The notes beneath the pieces were generated by a model, which had not been told where the DNA came from, did no database searches, and saw nothing but the letters and a program-made list of their open reading frames with translations. The position numbers were made by a program, and so were the translations under genes. A stretch of 63,933 nt of DNA, the filler included, from Circinaria calcarea (Eukaryota), in assembly GCA_051942165.1 (NCBI GenBank). It is 8 parts of 8 records of this genome, joined end to end, with 100 filler letters (N's around TTAATTAATTAA, not from the genome) between each part and the next. Parts side by side here need not be neighbours in the genome. Positions count along the whole stretch, not along the records: positions 48,066 to 55,952 come from JAVECS010001222.1; positions 56,053 to 63,933 come from JAVECS010001223.1; 6 more parts are not named here. One strand, given 5' to 3'. This document shows positions 48,066-60,268 of the stretch, in pieces (position 1 is the stretch's first letter; the number at the start of each line of letters is the position of its first letter).

Positions 48066-50238
48066 TATACATTCCTTGGCCGTCTCGTGATCCCGTACCA
48101 TGAAGTTCTGGTGAAGTATACCTCTGACCTTGAATGTGTCCTTGGTATTTGACGATAGGGAGCTCGTATTGTGAGGTCGATGTATCGATTGGTTGTCGTG
48201 CTGGGACAACCCGGGTTCGGCCATCGCGAAATATCGAATGTGGGTCGTGCCGCCCATCTGTGCCTGGTCCAATAGTCTGTCCACAAGACGGCAGCTGAGG
48301 GAGTTCCGGCACTCGCCCTTCGTTTGCGAAATCGAAGCCGTTGTTTTGGTTGGAGGCAAGTTGCCTTTCATCGTCCATATTTGGCTGTGACCGGCTTCGA
48401 TATGCTTCTACAAAAGGCTCGGTTGGTCCAATGCTGAATCCGGGTCGTCCACGACTTGGTCCGGAGGGAAGCACTACGGTGTCATAATGATTTGGTGGCG
48501 ATTGAAGGTGTAGATCGTGGTTGGTGGTCGCGGCGTAATTCTGGCCAGCACCTTTCACAGGCATAACACCAACGTTCGGCATATCTTCAAGAGGAGAATG
48601 AAGCTCAGCGGGCCCTCCGTAATGGTAAGGCTTAGTGTTGTCGAATGAAGGTTTAGAGTAGGAAGAGTAGAGCTCGAAATGGTTTCCTTGTTGCTCAAGT
48701 GATTTTTGCCTGGATAAGAAATGTTTTTGCGACGGTGCGGGATTCTGATTCTGCTCTATTATCCCAGACTGTGATCCTTCATGACTTACATATCGTGGGT
48801 CGGAGGCGATAATAGGTCGATGGGGCAAGGCGTAGTTCCTAACAACGTTAGAACAGCTTGGTTGCGGTTCAGGGTATCCCTGTCCTAAGAAACGAGAGTG
48901 GGCCATGGTCTCGGAAATCTCGTTGGGCAACGTCCTGCTCCTTTGTTGACCGATGACGAGCAATGGATTTTGTAGGGAAGATTGTGCCAAGTCAAGATCT
49001 TCGAATCTTCTGTCGAATAGAGGTGGACGGCCATTTTGTTCGGTCCGCTGACTCTGATATACACCATTTTCTTGCTGCACTGGTTGCTGTCCATATCCTA
49101 CGGGCTCGACACCACGATCTTCGTCACTCACGGTAGATTGGTTGATGTAGCTTTGCTGGCCGCGTTTGGTACCAATAGGTAGTCGAGATTGAGGAACAGG
49201 TTCCCGCTGGGGCTCACCTTCATGAATTTGTTTCTCATGATTGCGAGGATGTTCATTATTCCTTTTACTGTTAACTGTTTGCGGTCTTTGGCGCTGTGGA
49301 GCCTCTTGGCTTAATGCGCCCTTTGCACCCACGTTCAAAACGCTTCCTTTAACATTGCTGACGTCTGAGGGCAAAGTCTTTTTTTTGTTTGTCGGAAAGG
49401 TTGGAAAAGGATTGTCCCAGCCGAGTGTCTTAGGTGATGAGGGCTCAACTGCGACGCTTTCTTTGCCAACTGTACCGGAGTCAGTAACTATTACTAACTG
49501 GCAATTATGTGAATGGATATGATGGCTCAGTCCCGATCAATCATACTGACATGGATTACTTGGGCGTATATATCTGGACTTAGGCGATCTGAGATCACTT
49601 CCGGCATGAGCTTGGTTTGCGGACTGTTGCTTACTGGAAACCGGTAGTTCAATTTTACGCGAATAAGTAGGGCTTTTGTAGCCATTTTCGGGCAGGCTCT
49701 GGTACCGATGGGCCCGGGGGACATTTTCGTTACTGTAGGAGCGCGGCGGTGGCATTGCTCGCCTCTCATAGCGGAGGTGTCCTCCAGGCATACTTCGATC
49801 TCCATTTATTGAATGGGACGAGTTCTGATGCGCCACACGTTGTTGGGTATATGAGTCGTAAAGTTCGTGTTGGCACACCCCATAACTATGATTTTCACCT
49901 TGGCGTACTCGGGTAGCATGATCAGCATCCACTGGGCGCTGACTGCTACCGGCTCCGATTATTAGCCCTTGGCCTTGAAGCTGGGACTCCCAACGGCCAT
50001 TTGGCGGGGCCTGAATAGTACGCGATTGATTCATTCCGGCTGACGGCTCTCTCATGTCGTAATACTGCTGCTGCTGCTGATTATTCCGAAGCGCATAGCC
50101 AGGGAGTTCATGGCTCCGTTCAATTGTGTCAATATAACCGTCCTGATTGTACTCTTGGGAAACTTGTAAAGGTGCAGTTTGTGCACCATGATAGGGTCTC
50201 GAGGAGGCCTCATACTGAGGCCTTGTATCGTATGCCAT
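48066..50238 (-). CDS. N-terminal Q/P/S-rich disordered part of a large protein, 3' end lost at contig edge
   Basis: ORF 49537-50238 joined by a GTATGA..GCCAG intron (about 49499-49547) to a long frame running into the linker. Confidence 0.7.
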
Positions 50239-53200
50239 CTACAGCCAAAATCTCTTGCACGGACCTTCCTAGACTGGGTGGTGCAATGGGAGAGGGCTCG
50301 AGCTGGTAAAAGATGGTTGGTAGGATGCATTCGTTTAGTCGCACATCCACTGGGACTTCCCCATTGTTACCAAACGAACTATGGAGGCTTAATCTCGCCT
50401 GGCCTGTGAAGCTGTTATAAACAATGACGAGTTGCGCTTCAGGGGAATGCGATCAGAGGACGATAAATGGCATCAAGGTCACCAGGGCGTGGAACCACAA
50501 TTGGGTGGGGCCATTCAATTGTTGCGGAGAAACAATGCGGAAGAAGTAAAGAGTGTCTGAGCTTTGTTCCGTGGTCATTTCATCCCTAGCCCTGGGATTT
50601 ACGGAATATGGAGCCGGGTATGTACAGAAATGTTTCGCAACAGTATTGACTTTGCTGGGAAATCAAAGGTCGTAATTTACTGCAGCTACCTACTCCACTT
50701 GCAACATTATCATGAGCGTATCATGCGCGTGATCCTCACTCAGGACCATACTCCGTATTCTATAAGTCATGTCACCGGCTGACACGCATGTTACAAAAGT
50801 ATGTCGGACAGTCACGTGTAGCTGCGATATATTTTTTTACAAAAAGGAAGAGGAGTCTAATAGACTGAAAGACAATTTGAGCTCGTAGCCCTCCACTGAA
50901 CCAGGAGCTGTAATTGCTATCACTGTGCTAGTAAACGCCTCGCTTTATGTCACATCGGACAACAAAGATAGCCCCGGTTCTCGCGGCTGGCGCGTAAAAC
51001 ATGTGGCGGTGCAAGCTGAGTATGACATCGACAACTCCATCGGATAGGTGAACTGTAACAACGCGGAAGGCTTCACCGCCTAATCATTGAAGGCTGTAAC
51101 TCTTCTCGGTGTATCACATAACCCTTAGTCGACCATATCTCCGTATCTGGCAACGTTCAGCACCGCATTACGTATTCATCATGTCGAAAGCTCGGATGTA
51201 CTTTAAGATGATCACCTCGTAAGCAAGCCGACTTCCAAGCTGACGTACCCTCCTCGAGCTGCAGTGTCTTCTGACGAAATATTAGGGGAGCCATTATCTG
51301 CATTGGAGGCCCATATCTAGTGATCGCGGTCACCCCCACCGAAGAGGAACTTTTCAAGGTTGGTCACGTGGACGTGATCAGAAAGCCTACTACTGACTTC
51401 GGGAGCGATATAATCCGGAACTACAGAAGAGATCATTGGAGAATAGGATAGGAAGGCAGCAAGACTTTGATAACTTCGTTGGTAAACTCAAGGAATACTC
51501 GAAGTCTGACAAGCCTAGTATGTGCAATTCCGTTGCCACCACTGTCCATGTGAGTCATGCAGCTTATATAGCTATGTGTCAGTATGGGAGGCTGCTGCGG
51601 AAGATGAAGCACGGATGCGAACGAACGCGGCGGAAGACCAGCAGCGGATCACAGCAGAGATTCAAAAGCGAAGAGACGAGATCAAGAGGCATTCCATAAG
51701 TGGAGCCTAGTAGTGGCTCGTCATGCATTTCTTGTTACGTGCCCAAAATCTTGGTGTCTTCGACGCCGTTGGTCGTCTAAAGATTTTAAGCAACCAAGCT
51801 GCATTTGTATGCCATTAGACTAATGAATGACCGAGGCAGCAAAACACTAAAGCGCTACAGCATTGCTTGCTATGTATGCACCACTGGCGTCGCCACATCA
51901 CGAAAGGCAGCGGGTTGTGGAATTACTTCAAGTTTAGTCATCACGACTATTTCCGTATTCATCCTTCGTTGGTATATGATTTGTGCCCAGGCACTGCTCT
52001 TGACATTCCTTACAGCTCAGAAAAGTCCCTTAAAATGCCGGTAACCCCGTAGCTTTTTAGGTATTTCGGATGGATTAGGATTATATCTAAGCATCTCCTT
52101 TCATGGGCACATTGAGTTTTCGGACTTGACGTGCCACTCTCACTTGCAGAAAGACGCGTATATTCGGACGACGCGATGCCTCGCATATAGGTGTCCATGT
52201 CGTTCTCTCCAGATTGAATGGTCGGCCACCCTTCTACTGCGATGCGTAATATTGTTTCACATGTTGAGTGCTGCTTCGGTTCATGCAAATTTCATCATCG
52301 AAGCTCGCCCCCGCCAGGAGAGGGTCGATTGTAGCTTGTGCAACTTGATCAGAAACGTTAATTAGAAATGACAGTACGGTAGTCCCGACCATTTCAAGTC
52401 AAGCTTGTAGAACATTGAATTGCGGCATATTTATTAGCTCCATAAAGGCTGATCCTAGGTTCAATGTCTAGTCCGATATTTTTGAGCTTATCCACTTTGA
52501 CAATGTGGGATCATAGACATTTCATTAGTACCAAGGGGGACTTAACTTGCAGTTGATCTGGCACTGCCTGTGAACAATCTACCTACCACATTGTCACTAC
52601 CAAAATCTCTAGGTACTGTTTCCCCTTGGCAGATACTTTGGGTTGGACGTCAGAAACATGACTTCCACGCGAAGTCCTGAAGACCGAGGTTCTTCTTTGC
52701 ACCGGTTCTCAACTAGCTGTCTGGTCGGTCAATCAAATTTCCCCGAACTTCAACTCCCTTGATACATGGGGTGTTCATTGTTGGTAAACAAGCATGTGTT
52801 GACGTAGAACATGGACTCACTCTTTGTGAAGAAGTGCTTTAATGGTTTTCTTGTAAATTTCCTGTATTGAGGGTTGTTCGGCGTCTGCTGGATTTAGTGA
52901 AACAGTTTCACAACTCTTGCGAATGTGGTTGATCACAAACGGTGTGGATCTAATGTCTGATTGAAGAGAGGCTACATTTCAGATCAAGTGCTAAAACTCC
53001 AAGCATGAGCTAGCATTGTGTATTTTCGGTCCAACGAGCTGCCATGAACCAGGTTAGTTGACGAGGAACGAGCAAATTCATGGTAATTTCTCAGACTGAA
53101 GGATTCGGAAATCATAAAGCAACATTGTGAAAGCACAAGCCACGATAGGGCACACTTATTGAAAGCTAGAAAACTATCAATTGAGATCTACACAGCTAGT

Positions 53201-53394
53201 TTTGCGAATTTGAATCGTTGAACAATAAGTTTGGAACCATGATCAGCGAATTGAAAACCCACGCTTGGACGGTGACGCTGGCCTACGTCACGCCTTTGCA
53301 AAGCTCCCTTTGATACCAGACCGGCGCAGAAGGTAACCATCGCCGCCAGCCAAATTAGATTATTTCACGCTTTCAGATGCCACAACGATGGATT

Positions 53395-55271
53395 TTACAG
53401 CTTGGCAGCCGGGCCCACCGAAATGATTTCATCATAAAGCAATCTAGGAAGATTAGCGCTATTCATTATGACGGTTCTTGGAAACTCACGTAGTCAGGAA
53501 ATCAGCGTACTCCTCGCCTGTGACTTGACTGGCAAAATACTGGGCAGCCAGGTGATACTTGTTACCCTTAGGAGCCTTGGAAGCCAGGTCATCCGCCTGT
53601 TCCTTCAACAGTTTCTGAGCATATGCCTTGTCAACCGTCTTCCCCTCCGCTGTCTTAACACTGTGACGACACCATTGCCAAAGCTGACTGCGGCTGACTT
53701 CTGCGGTAGCGGCATCCTCCTACATAACTATCAGTGGAGCAATGTTCCAAAGTAGCTTAGCGCCATACCATAAGATAATTGATGGGAACACAGCCAATGC
53801 CCCTCAGCCATCCTTCCATGTAGCCTAAACCAATGTTCAGGTTGTTCCGAATACCCTCTTCCGTAATATTTCCAGGCATATTCATGTTGAGCAAATCTTT
53901 GGCAACGATATTGACATCGTCTCTTCTCACAAAGTGTTGATTGGGAGTTGGCATGTGTATGTTGAAAACCTCAGATGCGATGCTCGCTAAGGCTGGGTGA
54001 GCTACCCATGTTCCATCATGGCCTGCTTGTACTTCACGAAGCTTGTCAGCATAGACATTCGCCATCGCAGCATCATTAGCCTTTTTGTCATTCTTGATAG
54101 GTATTTGAGCAGCCATGCCTCCCTATACGAAGTTAAGCATGTTTTACTTAGGCAGTGTTGCGGTTAGCTTACATACCATTGCATGAACTCCACGTTTGTG
54201 ACAGGTTCTGATAAGCAATTTGACATAGGCGTCCATAAACGGTACTTTCATCGTAACTGCTGAGCGATCTGGCAAAACAAAATCCGGGTTTTGGCGGAAT
54301 TTCTTGATGACACTGAAGATGTAGTCCCATCGACCACAATTGAGGCCTGAGCTGTGTTCACGAAGTTCATAGATGATCTGACGTTACTTTAGCAGGCTAA
54401 CTTGCACTCATTGTTGTTACGAACCTCTTCCATCTCGAATGCTGCTAAAATGGTTTCGATGAGAACGGTGCCTCGAATTGTTCCACGAGGCATTGCTACG
54501 TAGTCCTGGGCAAGATTGAAAACATCATTCCACAAGCGTGCCTCAAGGTGGGACTCCATCTTCGGGAGATAGTAATATGGTCCGGTACCCCTCTTAACGA
54601 GTTCGTGCGCGTTGTGAAAGAAGTACAGGCCGAAATCAAAAAGACTCCCAGAGATGGGCTCTCCGTCAACAATGAAGTGCTTCTCCTCCAGATGCCAGCC
54701 ACGAGCCCGAGCGATGAGTGTAGGTAACACCCGATCGGTCCGTAGTTTATACTCCTTTCCTCCTTGCTTAAAATCGATCTGTCTCCGAACGGCATCATAC
54801 AAGTTGGCCTGACCGTTGATCATATTTTCCCAGGTCGGCGCACTGGAATCTATGGGCTTGTGGATCAGCATCTGAACATAGAAATTCCCAACGCGTTCCC
54901 CCCTCACCTTCAAAATCCGCCATGTACGTCCACACATTGGAGTTCAAGGCATTGACGACCATCTTCCTATCGGTGGGCCCTGTAATCTCAACTCTTCTAT
55001 CGATCATACCTGGCGCTGGCGGAGCACCTTTCCATGCATCGTTCTGGCGAACATGCCTCGTTTCGGGCAGAAAATCGGGTAAGACGCCCCTGTCAAGTTC
55101 CTCTTGTCTTGAGACACGACGTTCCAATAACTTTTTACGCTGCGCATTGAATGAACGGTGGAGTAGTGCAAGGAAAGCAGTGGCTTCCTTGCTTAGGATC
55201 CTGCGTGTCTGGTCATTGAGAGGGCCGAGGATGGCCACGCCTTGAAGGACGTTGTCGATGTTATTAGCCAT
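53395..55271 (-). CDS. acuE: Malate synthase, glyoxysomal (PTS1 -AKL), multi-exon
   Basis: [86 protein letters not shown], ends GPAAKL*. Confidence 0.96.
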
Positions 55272-55433
55272 GTTTAGTGCACCTTACTGTGCTGAATTGT
55301 CGGGACGAAGGGTCAATCGAATGCTCATTTTTTTTCGTGCGAGCCTATTTATCTTTCCTATGTTCAACTCGTCGGCGGAACGGATAAGGGCTTACGGAAC
55401 TTGAGGGTACGGCACCACATTAATGACGCTTTA

Positions 55434-55496
55434 CCTCGGGACATTCACGCTGTTTTGCGGGGAACCAGAGCTCTCAAAGCTCGTGAAAGCGCGGGG
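55434..55496. promoter_or_regulatory. Putative FarA (CCTCGG) and CreA (SYGGRG) sites upstream of malate synthase
   Basis: CCTCGG at 55434-39 and GCGGGG at 55457-62 and 55491-96, 160-225 bp upstream of the ATG. Short motifs that could be chance. Confidence 0.45.
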
Positions 55497-55705
55497 TGAA
55501 AGCCGCGGGAGCGCAATCGAAATATAAAGGTGAAGTGACGAGAATTGAGTTCAAATCCCGACAGCGCTAATTATTGGTGGTCTGAGAAAAGCGAGGAGTT
55601 TACCTCTGAGAAATCAAAAGCAGAGCTATTACAGTTGGTTACAAAAATCTCTGCGTTTTCCAGAACCTCCCCTCTTTTATAATCTCCGCAGGAATAAAAG
55701 GAAAA

Positions 55706-55916
55706 TATAAGGATCCTTTACGACTAGTATAATAATCTTACGATAAGGGTCGGTAAACTATATAATAATAAGCTCAATGGGTTCGCATAAATATATAAAT
55801 TATTATTTAAAAAAATTAATATAACGCTTCGCGAAAAAAATCTTTTTTATTAAATTAACACCTTATAACCTCGGCATATAATTCACCCGTAAGGGTTCTC
55901 GGGTAGAACTTTTATA
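55706..55916 (+). mobile_element. Solo-LTR-like element, heavily RIP-mutated copy
   Basis: Reverse complement aligns end to end with 56665-56884; termini read TATAAGG..TTTTATA instead of TGTAAGG..CCTTACA. Confidence 0.7.
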
Positions 55917-55952
55917 TTTAAAATAATATAATTTTTTAAGGGGGGAATAAAT

Positions 55953-56052
55953 NNNNNNNNNNNNNNNNNNNNNNNNNNNNNNNNNNNNNNNNNNNNTTAA
56001 TTAATTAANNNNNNNNNNNNNNNNNNNNNNNNNNNNNNNNNNNNNNNNNNNN
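55953..56052. other. Artificial contig linker
   Basis: N44-TTAATTAATTAA-N44. Confidence 0.98.
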
Positions 56053-56664
56053 CCGGATTTCCCCACAACTGCAATCCCTCCGCGGCGCCTTCGTTCAAGC
56101 TCGCCATCTCAAAGCGAGCAACGGGAGAGTCAAAGACGTCGACGTGATCTATAGTGGATGGGAGGGAAATTACTAATTGGCTGTAAGAGTATATTGGCGG
56201 GAGCACATTGAGAGAGATAGCAAAGAGGGCGGCAATTTGGAAAGAGCTTGGAGTAGATTTGGTGGCTAGACTGATCTGCGTCACATTCTTTTTTAGTCTT
56301 GTTAGGATTCGGCGTTGTCTATTTTTGTTCGGTCGCCTATACATTTCCTTTCTTCCTTTTTTCCCTTTGCCTTACTCCCTTCCTTGAACACCCCTAAAGG
56401 CTATCTAATCTATCTCACTTGCGAATGTCTTGTTCTGCCTTTTTTGGTTTTGTTCGGCGGACTTCGTTTAGAAAATTTTCCATCCCAGGCTAGTCCTGTA
56501 CTATCCTCATACTCTGTCATTTCTGTAGTCTCCGAATCGAATCCACGTTAGAACATCTACGAATATCAGCTCTCAGGGCAGGGGGGCCATCTCAATCTCC
56601 CCCCTTGACTCGTGAGCGAATGTATCTACGGTAGCTAGATTCCCATAACCCAGCGTCCCCCCTC

Positions 56665-56884
56665 TGTAAGGGTCTCTACCAGAGAACCCCTACGAACCCT
56701 ACGGGTGAACTATATACCGAGGTCACGAGGTATTAACTTAGCGAGGAAGGTTTTCTCGCGAAACGTTACACCAGAATTCTTTAGCAATAATTTATCATTA
56801 TGCGAATCAATTGAGCACATTATCACATAGTTTACCGACCCTTAATCGTAAAGATCATTATACTATTCGTAAAGGATCCTTACA
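56665..56884. mobile_element. Solo-LTR-like element (220 bp)
   Basis: TG..CA ends with 7-bp inverted termini TGTAAGG/CCTTACA; second copy at 55706-55916 on another contig. Confidence 0.72.
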
Positions 56885-57640
56885 CTTTATTATTATTATT
56901 TTCTTTATTTCCACCGCGCCTTTTTCGGCCTTTTTAATTCTCCAACCCTACCTGCTGCGCGCCGCATCAGCATTCACTTCCAAAATCACAGAATTGCCCG
57001 AGGCTCATGTAACAAATCAGGTGTTCAGATCTTGCATCGTGGGTTTGGTACTGATTAAAGACCCCAAATTTGTTTCATGTGATGGTTACCCGGAACTTGT
57101 AAAGTTCATACCCTTTCCCGTCCCGGAAGATCTTCTCAATATTGCTCAAGCGCGACTCTTTCTTGTTGCAGTCCGATGGACTGCTTCATTCCCTTTCCAC
57201 CACTCGTCAAGTCCTTTCACATCTTTCGTCTCAAATTTGGCGATAGAGCCCAGTCGGTTTTAGAGGTCCCAGCAACGGGCTATTGTGATCGGTTTAACGA
57301 ACTTGACGCCAAAGCCTTGGCATCGGAGGCGCTTGACCATGCAACTAATCAAACGCAAAACAACTGTTCCAATTCCGGAGGGTGTTTTGATAAGATGAGC
57401 AATCTAGAACGCAGACACCGGGCGAGTAAGGAGGGCCACATTGTCCAAGGCACTGAGGCTAGCTATAGACGGGGCAAAACCCGGATAGCAGCATCGGAAT
57501 TGAAGTAAGCGCACCTTTCTTGAGGCATGTTTTTCGATGCTTACAAAGGGTTTACCAATTTAGATCAGTGGCGAAATGCACAGAACCCCATCTTTAAGTC
57601 CTCAGGGCCACATTCAAAGACCGAAAGGCTATGTCCGGCC

Positions 57641-59740
57641 TCACTGCGATTCAGGAGGGGTGAGAAAGTGTAAAAGCTCGTCCGCACGTTTGTCCTGTCG
57701 CGACGCATGAGATATGCTGGGCTTGCATTCCGGTTTGCGAAGCTTCCGCACACGCTGGGGCTGCCCTAACCTAGCTCGATCAGACGAGGATTGCGCTTTT
57801 CTGACCCCCGTCATCTTCGTGCTGCCAGGCATTGTTTGAAGCGAGCCTCGATTGACTAGATGTTGTGGGCTAAAAGTTCTTGACGACGAGGGCTCCAGCA
57901 TAATTGACTCAGTAATGGTACTCTTCGGAAGTAGCTGCTGTGGTTTTTTGGATGATTTTCGCCTGCCGTGCTTTACCACGCCTTGAGGCCTTTCAGCCGG
58001 GTTCCTTTGCGCGTTAACCTGCTGGCATGAAGCGCTCTTCGGACCTGGCTTCGGCCGAAGCCTGCCAGACCAAGTCGTTTTGTCTGCCGTCAACATCGGT
58101 CGAAGACCTCGAGGCCGGCGCCCCTTTTGAGGTCTCGCTTGAAGAGAATGTGTGGCTTCTTGTAACGCTATGGAGTCGGATCGGGAAAGTCCTCGGATGT
58201 TTTTGTAGATCTTGGCCGCTGCTGTGGAAGGTGATTGCGCAACTACCTGGGTCATACTTTCTTGATTTGCTGCAATCTCTCCGCCTTCCTGTGATGAGCT
58301 CTGTTGATGCGGCGCATCCGGACCTGTCTTGTTTTTCATCTCTTCAGTACTGATCTCGGAATCAAGTTGCGATGGATGAGGCCTGCCAGAGGAGGTATTT
58401 GCACGTTTTGATTTTCTCCATTGATTGATTTTGGCAATCATTTCGTCCTCAACGTCTTCCCGATCGAAAATGGTCTCGTAACCCTGCCATGCGGTATCTA
58501 GCTCGTTCAATAAGGAGTTCGACAAGGGTATCTCAGATGTAGCGGGATCGGAATCCGTATTAAGCACCGCTTCTTTCCAGCGTGCAAATTCAATCAACTG
58601 TCTTTTTAGACTCTCATTAGTGCTGATCCCAAACTCTTTACGGATCGCCTCCAACCTCTCTGACAAGTAATCCGGCCAGCACAAGCCACGCACTTTCGCC
58701 TTTGGATCTGGCCACTGAGGCGATGGTGGCGTCCGTATTCCCGTGATAAGCCTACACTCCCTCCAGAAAGAAACCAACTTCTGCATCTCTTTCTCCGTCT
58801 CCAGTAATTCGGCCATATAACGTCTGCTTCCGCATCGCATTGCCTCTTGATCCAGAATATTCAATTGAGCCATTAGTTCTGCCGGCCAAGTCCTGTAAAT
58901 CGACAGCGGGTTATCTGCCAGTATCGAGCCCGGGTTTTCATCCTGCCAGTTTTGAATAACGTCGCTTCTTTTAACTTTCACTTTCTGGTACTCCTCTTCG
59001 TAATACCTATCTCCTTTGAGATCTGCATGCTCCCGCAGCTCGTGGAGTCCTTTGACCAAATAGCGAGGGAAAAGAGTACCGGAAGCACTGTGGTTTATGT
59101 GTTTTAAAAGGTGTAAGTCGGGTAAGGGTGTCAGGTCTATGTCACATATCTTCTTCCAGTAGTCGTACGCCTTGCGGGTATAATTGACAACTACATGCTC
59201 TCCTAGCTGTCGTCTCAAACGGGAGATATCGTACCATTGATCGCTGAACCAGTCAGCCTCAGGCGGCTTTACCAAGTCGGGTGATTCCGGTATCGGTGAT
59301 TTGTCCCAATACATAACCCGGTGAGGATATTTACGAAGTGTAAAGTTGTCCGAAGGCTTTAACTTTTCAAGACGTTCGATCAGCTTCTCTGGTTCTATAT
59401 AGCCTCTTCGAAGTATTTGAGCCTTGTAAAGAGCCACCTCCACCGGCGAAGCATTCTCTTGAAATGATATGCATTGTGATTTGTCGCGATAGTACTCAGG
59501 CGACCGTAAGCCATCATCCTGCAAAGTTCTTGCAAAAACTTTCATGTAGAGTGCATGTCTTTCCTCTGCTGTCATGTCCACGCTTTCCATCCCTTGTGAT
59601 TCAATACCGAAATTGGACGAGGTAGCACCGTCGGTCAAGATTACTGAAGGATTAAACCTCGCGTCCTCTGGTGGACTGTGTGGCGACTGGCGTAAGGATT
59701 CATCCGGCATCGTTTTTGAGATGATGACGCTGTAGGCCAT
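57641..59740 (-). CDS. Hypothetical protein (699 aa): W/Y-rich helical core and basic disordered tail
   Basis: Uninterrupted 2.1-kb ORF; no recognised catalytic motif. Confidence 0.75.
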   Translation of the reverse strand: MAYSVIISKTMPDESLRQSPHSPPEDARFNPSVILTDGATSSNFGIESQGMESVDMTAEERHALYMKVFARTLQDDGLRSPEYYRDKSQCISFQENASPVEVALYKAQILRRGYIEPEKLIERLEKLKPSDNFTLRKYPHRVMYWDKSPIPESPDLVKPPEADWFSDQWYDISRLRRQLGEHVVVNYTRKAYDYWKKICDIDLTPLPDLHLLKHINHSASGTLFPRYLVKGLHELREHADLKGDRYYEEEYQKVKVKRSDVIQNWQDENPGSILADNPLSIYRTWPAELMAQLNILDQEAMRCGSRRYMAELLETEKEMQKLVSFWRECRLITGIRTPPSPQWPDPKAKVRGLCWPDYLSERLEAIRKEFGISTNESLKRQLIEFARWKEAVLNTDSDPATSEIPLSNSLLNELDTAWQGYETIFDREDVEDEMIAKINQWRKSKRANTSSGRPHPSQLDSEISTEEMKNKTGPDAPHQQSSSQEGGEIAANQESMTQVVAQSPSTAAAKIYKNIRGLSRSDSIALQEATHSLQARPQKGRRPRGLRPMLTADKTTWSGRLRPKPGPKSASCQQVNAQRNPAERPQGVVKHGRRKSSKKPQQLLPKSTITESIMLEPSSSRTFSPQHLVNRGSLQTMPGSTKMTGVRKAQSSSDRARLGQPQRVRKLRKPECKPSISHASRQDKRADELLHFLTPPESQ

Positions 59741-60095
59741 GCCATCTTGTCCAAATTATAACAATAAGAACAGGCACGTCTGAACTGCAATTTCAAGAAG
59801 TCGTCAGCCACATGTTGATTTTCAGCGAAGGGACCAACATACAAGATGCAAGTTTCGGGGAACAAATCCAAGCTGTAGGATCGTTCGATTGCCAGAATCC
59901 AGTAAAAGCTAACAATGTAGATGAGAAGAGCGATGAGGAACCGGGTGCTGGATATGATCTCGTAAATGGTTGTGGGATGGAGGCTAGGGCTGAGATAGAT
60001 ATCACGTGAGCACTCTCCTGCACTACCTACCGCCTTTGGGCGATATGAGTCATATGCACGTACCATCTCAGCCAAAAGGTGCAACACCGCGTTTC

Positions 60096-60116
60096 TGGCC
60101 AGCTATTAGCTGGCCA
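60096..60116. promoter_or_regulatory. Perfect 10-bp inverted repeat in the divergent promoter
   Basis: TGGCCAGCTA-T-TAGCTGGCCA. Confidence 0.4.
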
Positions 60117-60268
60117 TGCTGCTCTACAGAGAAAATTTGATTGAGGAGGGGCTCGTATTTATACCCAGAATCCATGGATTGTCTTCACCCGTCTTCCACT
60201 TCACTTGCGCGCAGTGCTTGACCGTTTCTCGCAAATCCGGGTTTTTTCCCTTCTTTCAAACTTTCAAG

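Noticed and set aside
51100..52950. Short coding-like fragments between the Q/P-rich gene and malate synthase
   Set aside because: Possibly a decayed gene, but no consistent frame or motif could be reconstructed.
56053..56640. Possible 5' end of a retroelement ORF (MASLNEGAAEGLQLWGNP) at contig edge
   Set aside because: Only 18 codons are visible, with no diagnostic motif.
55706..56884. A single TIR element spanning the gap
   Set aside because: The two arms lie on different size-sorted contigs; their adjacency is artificial.
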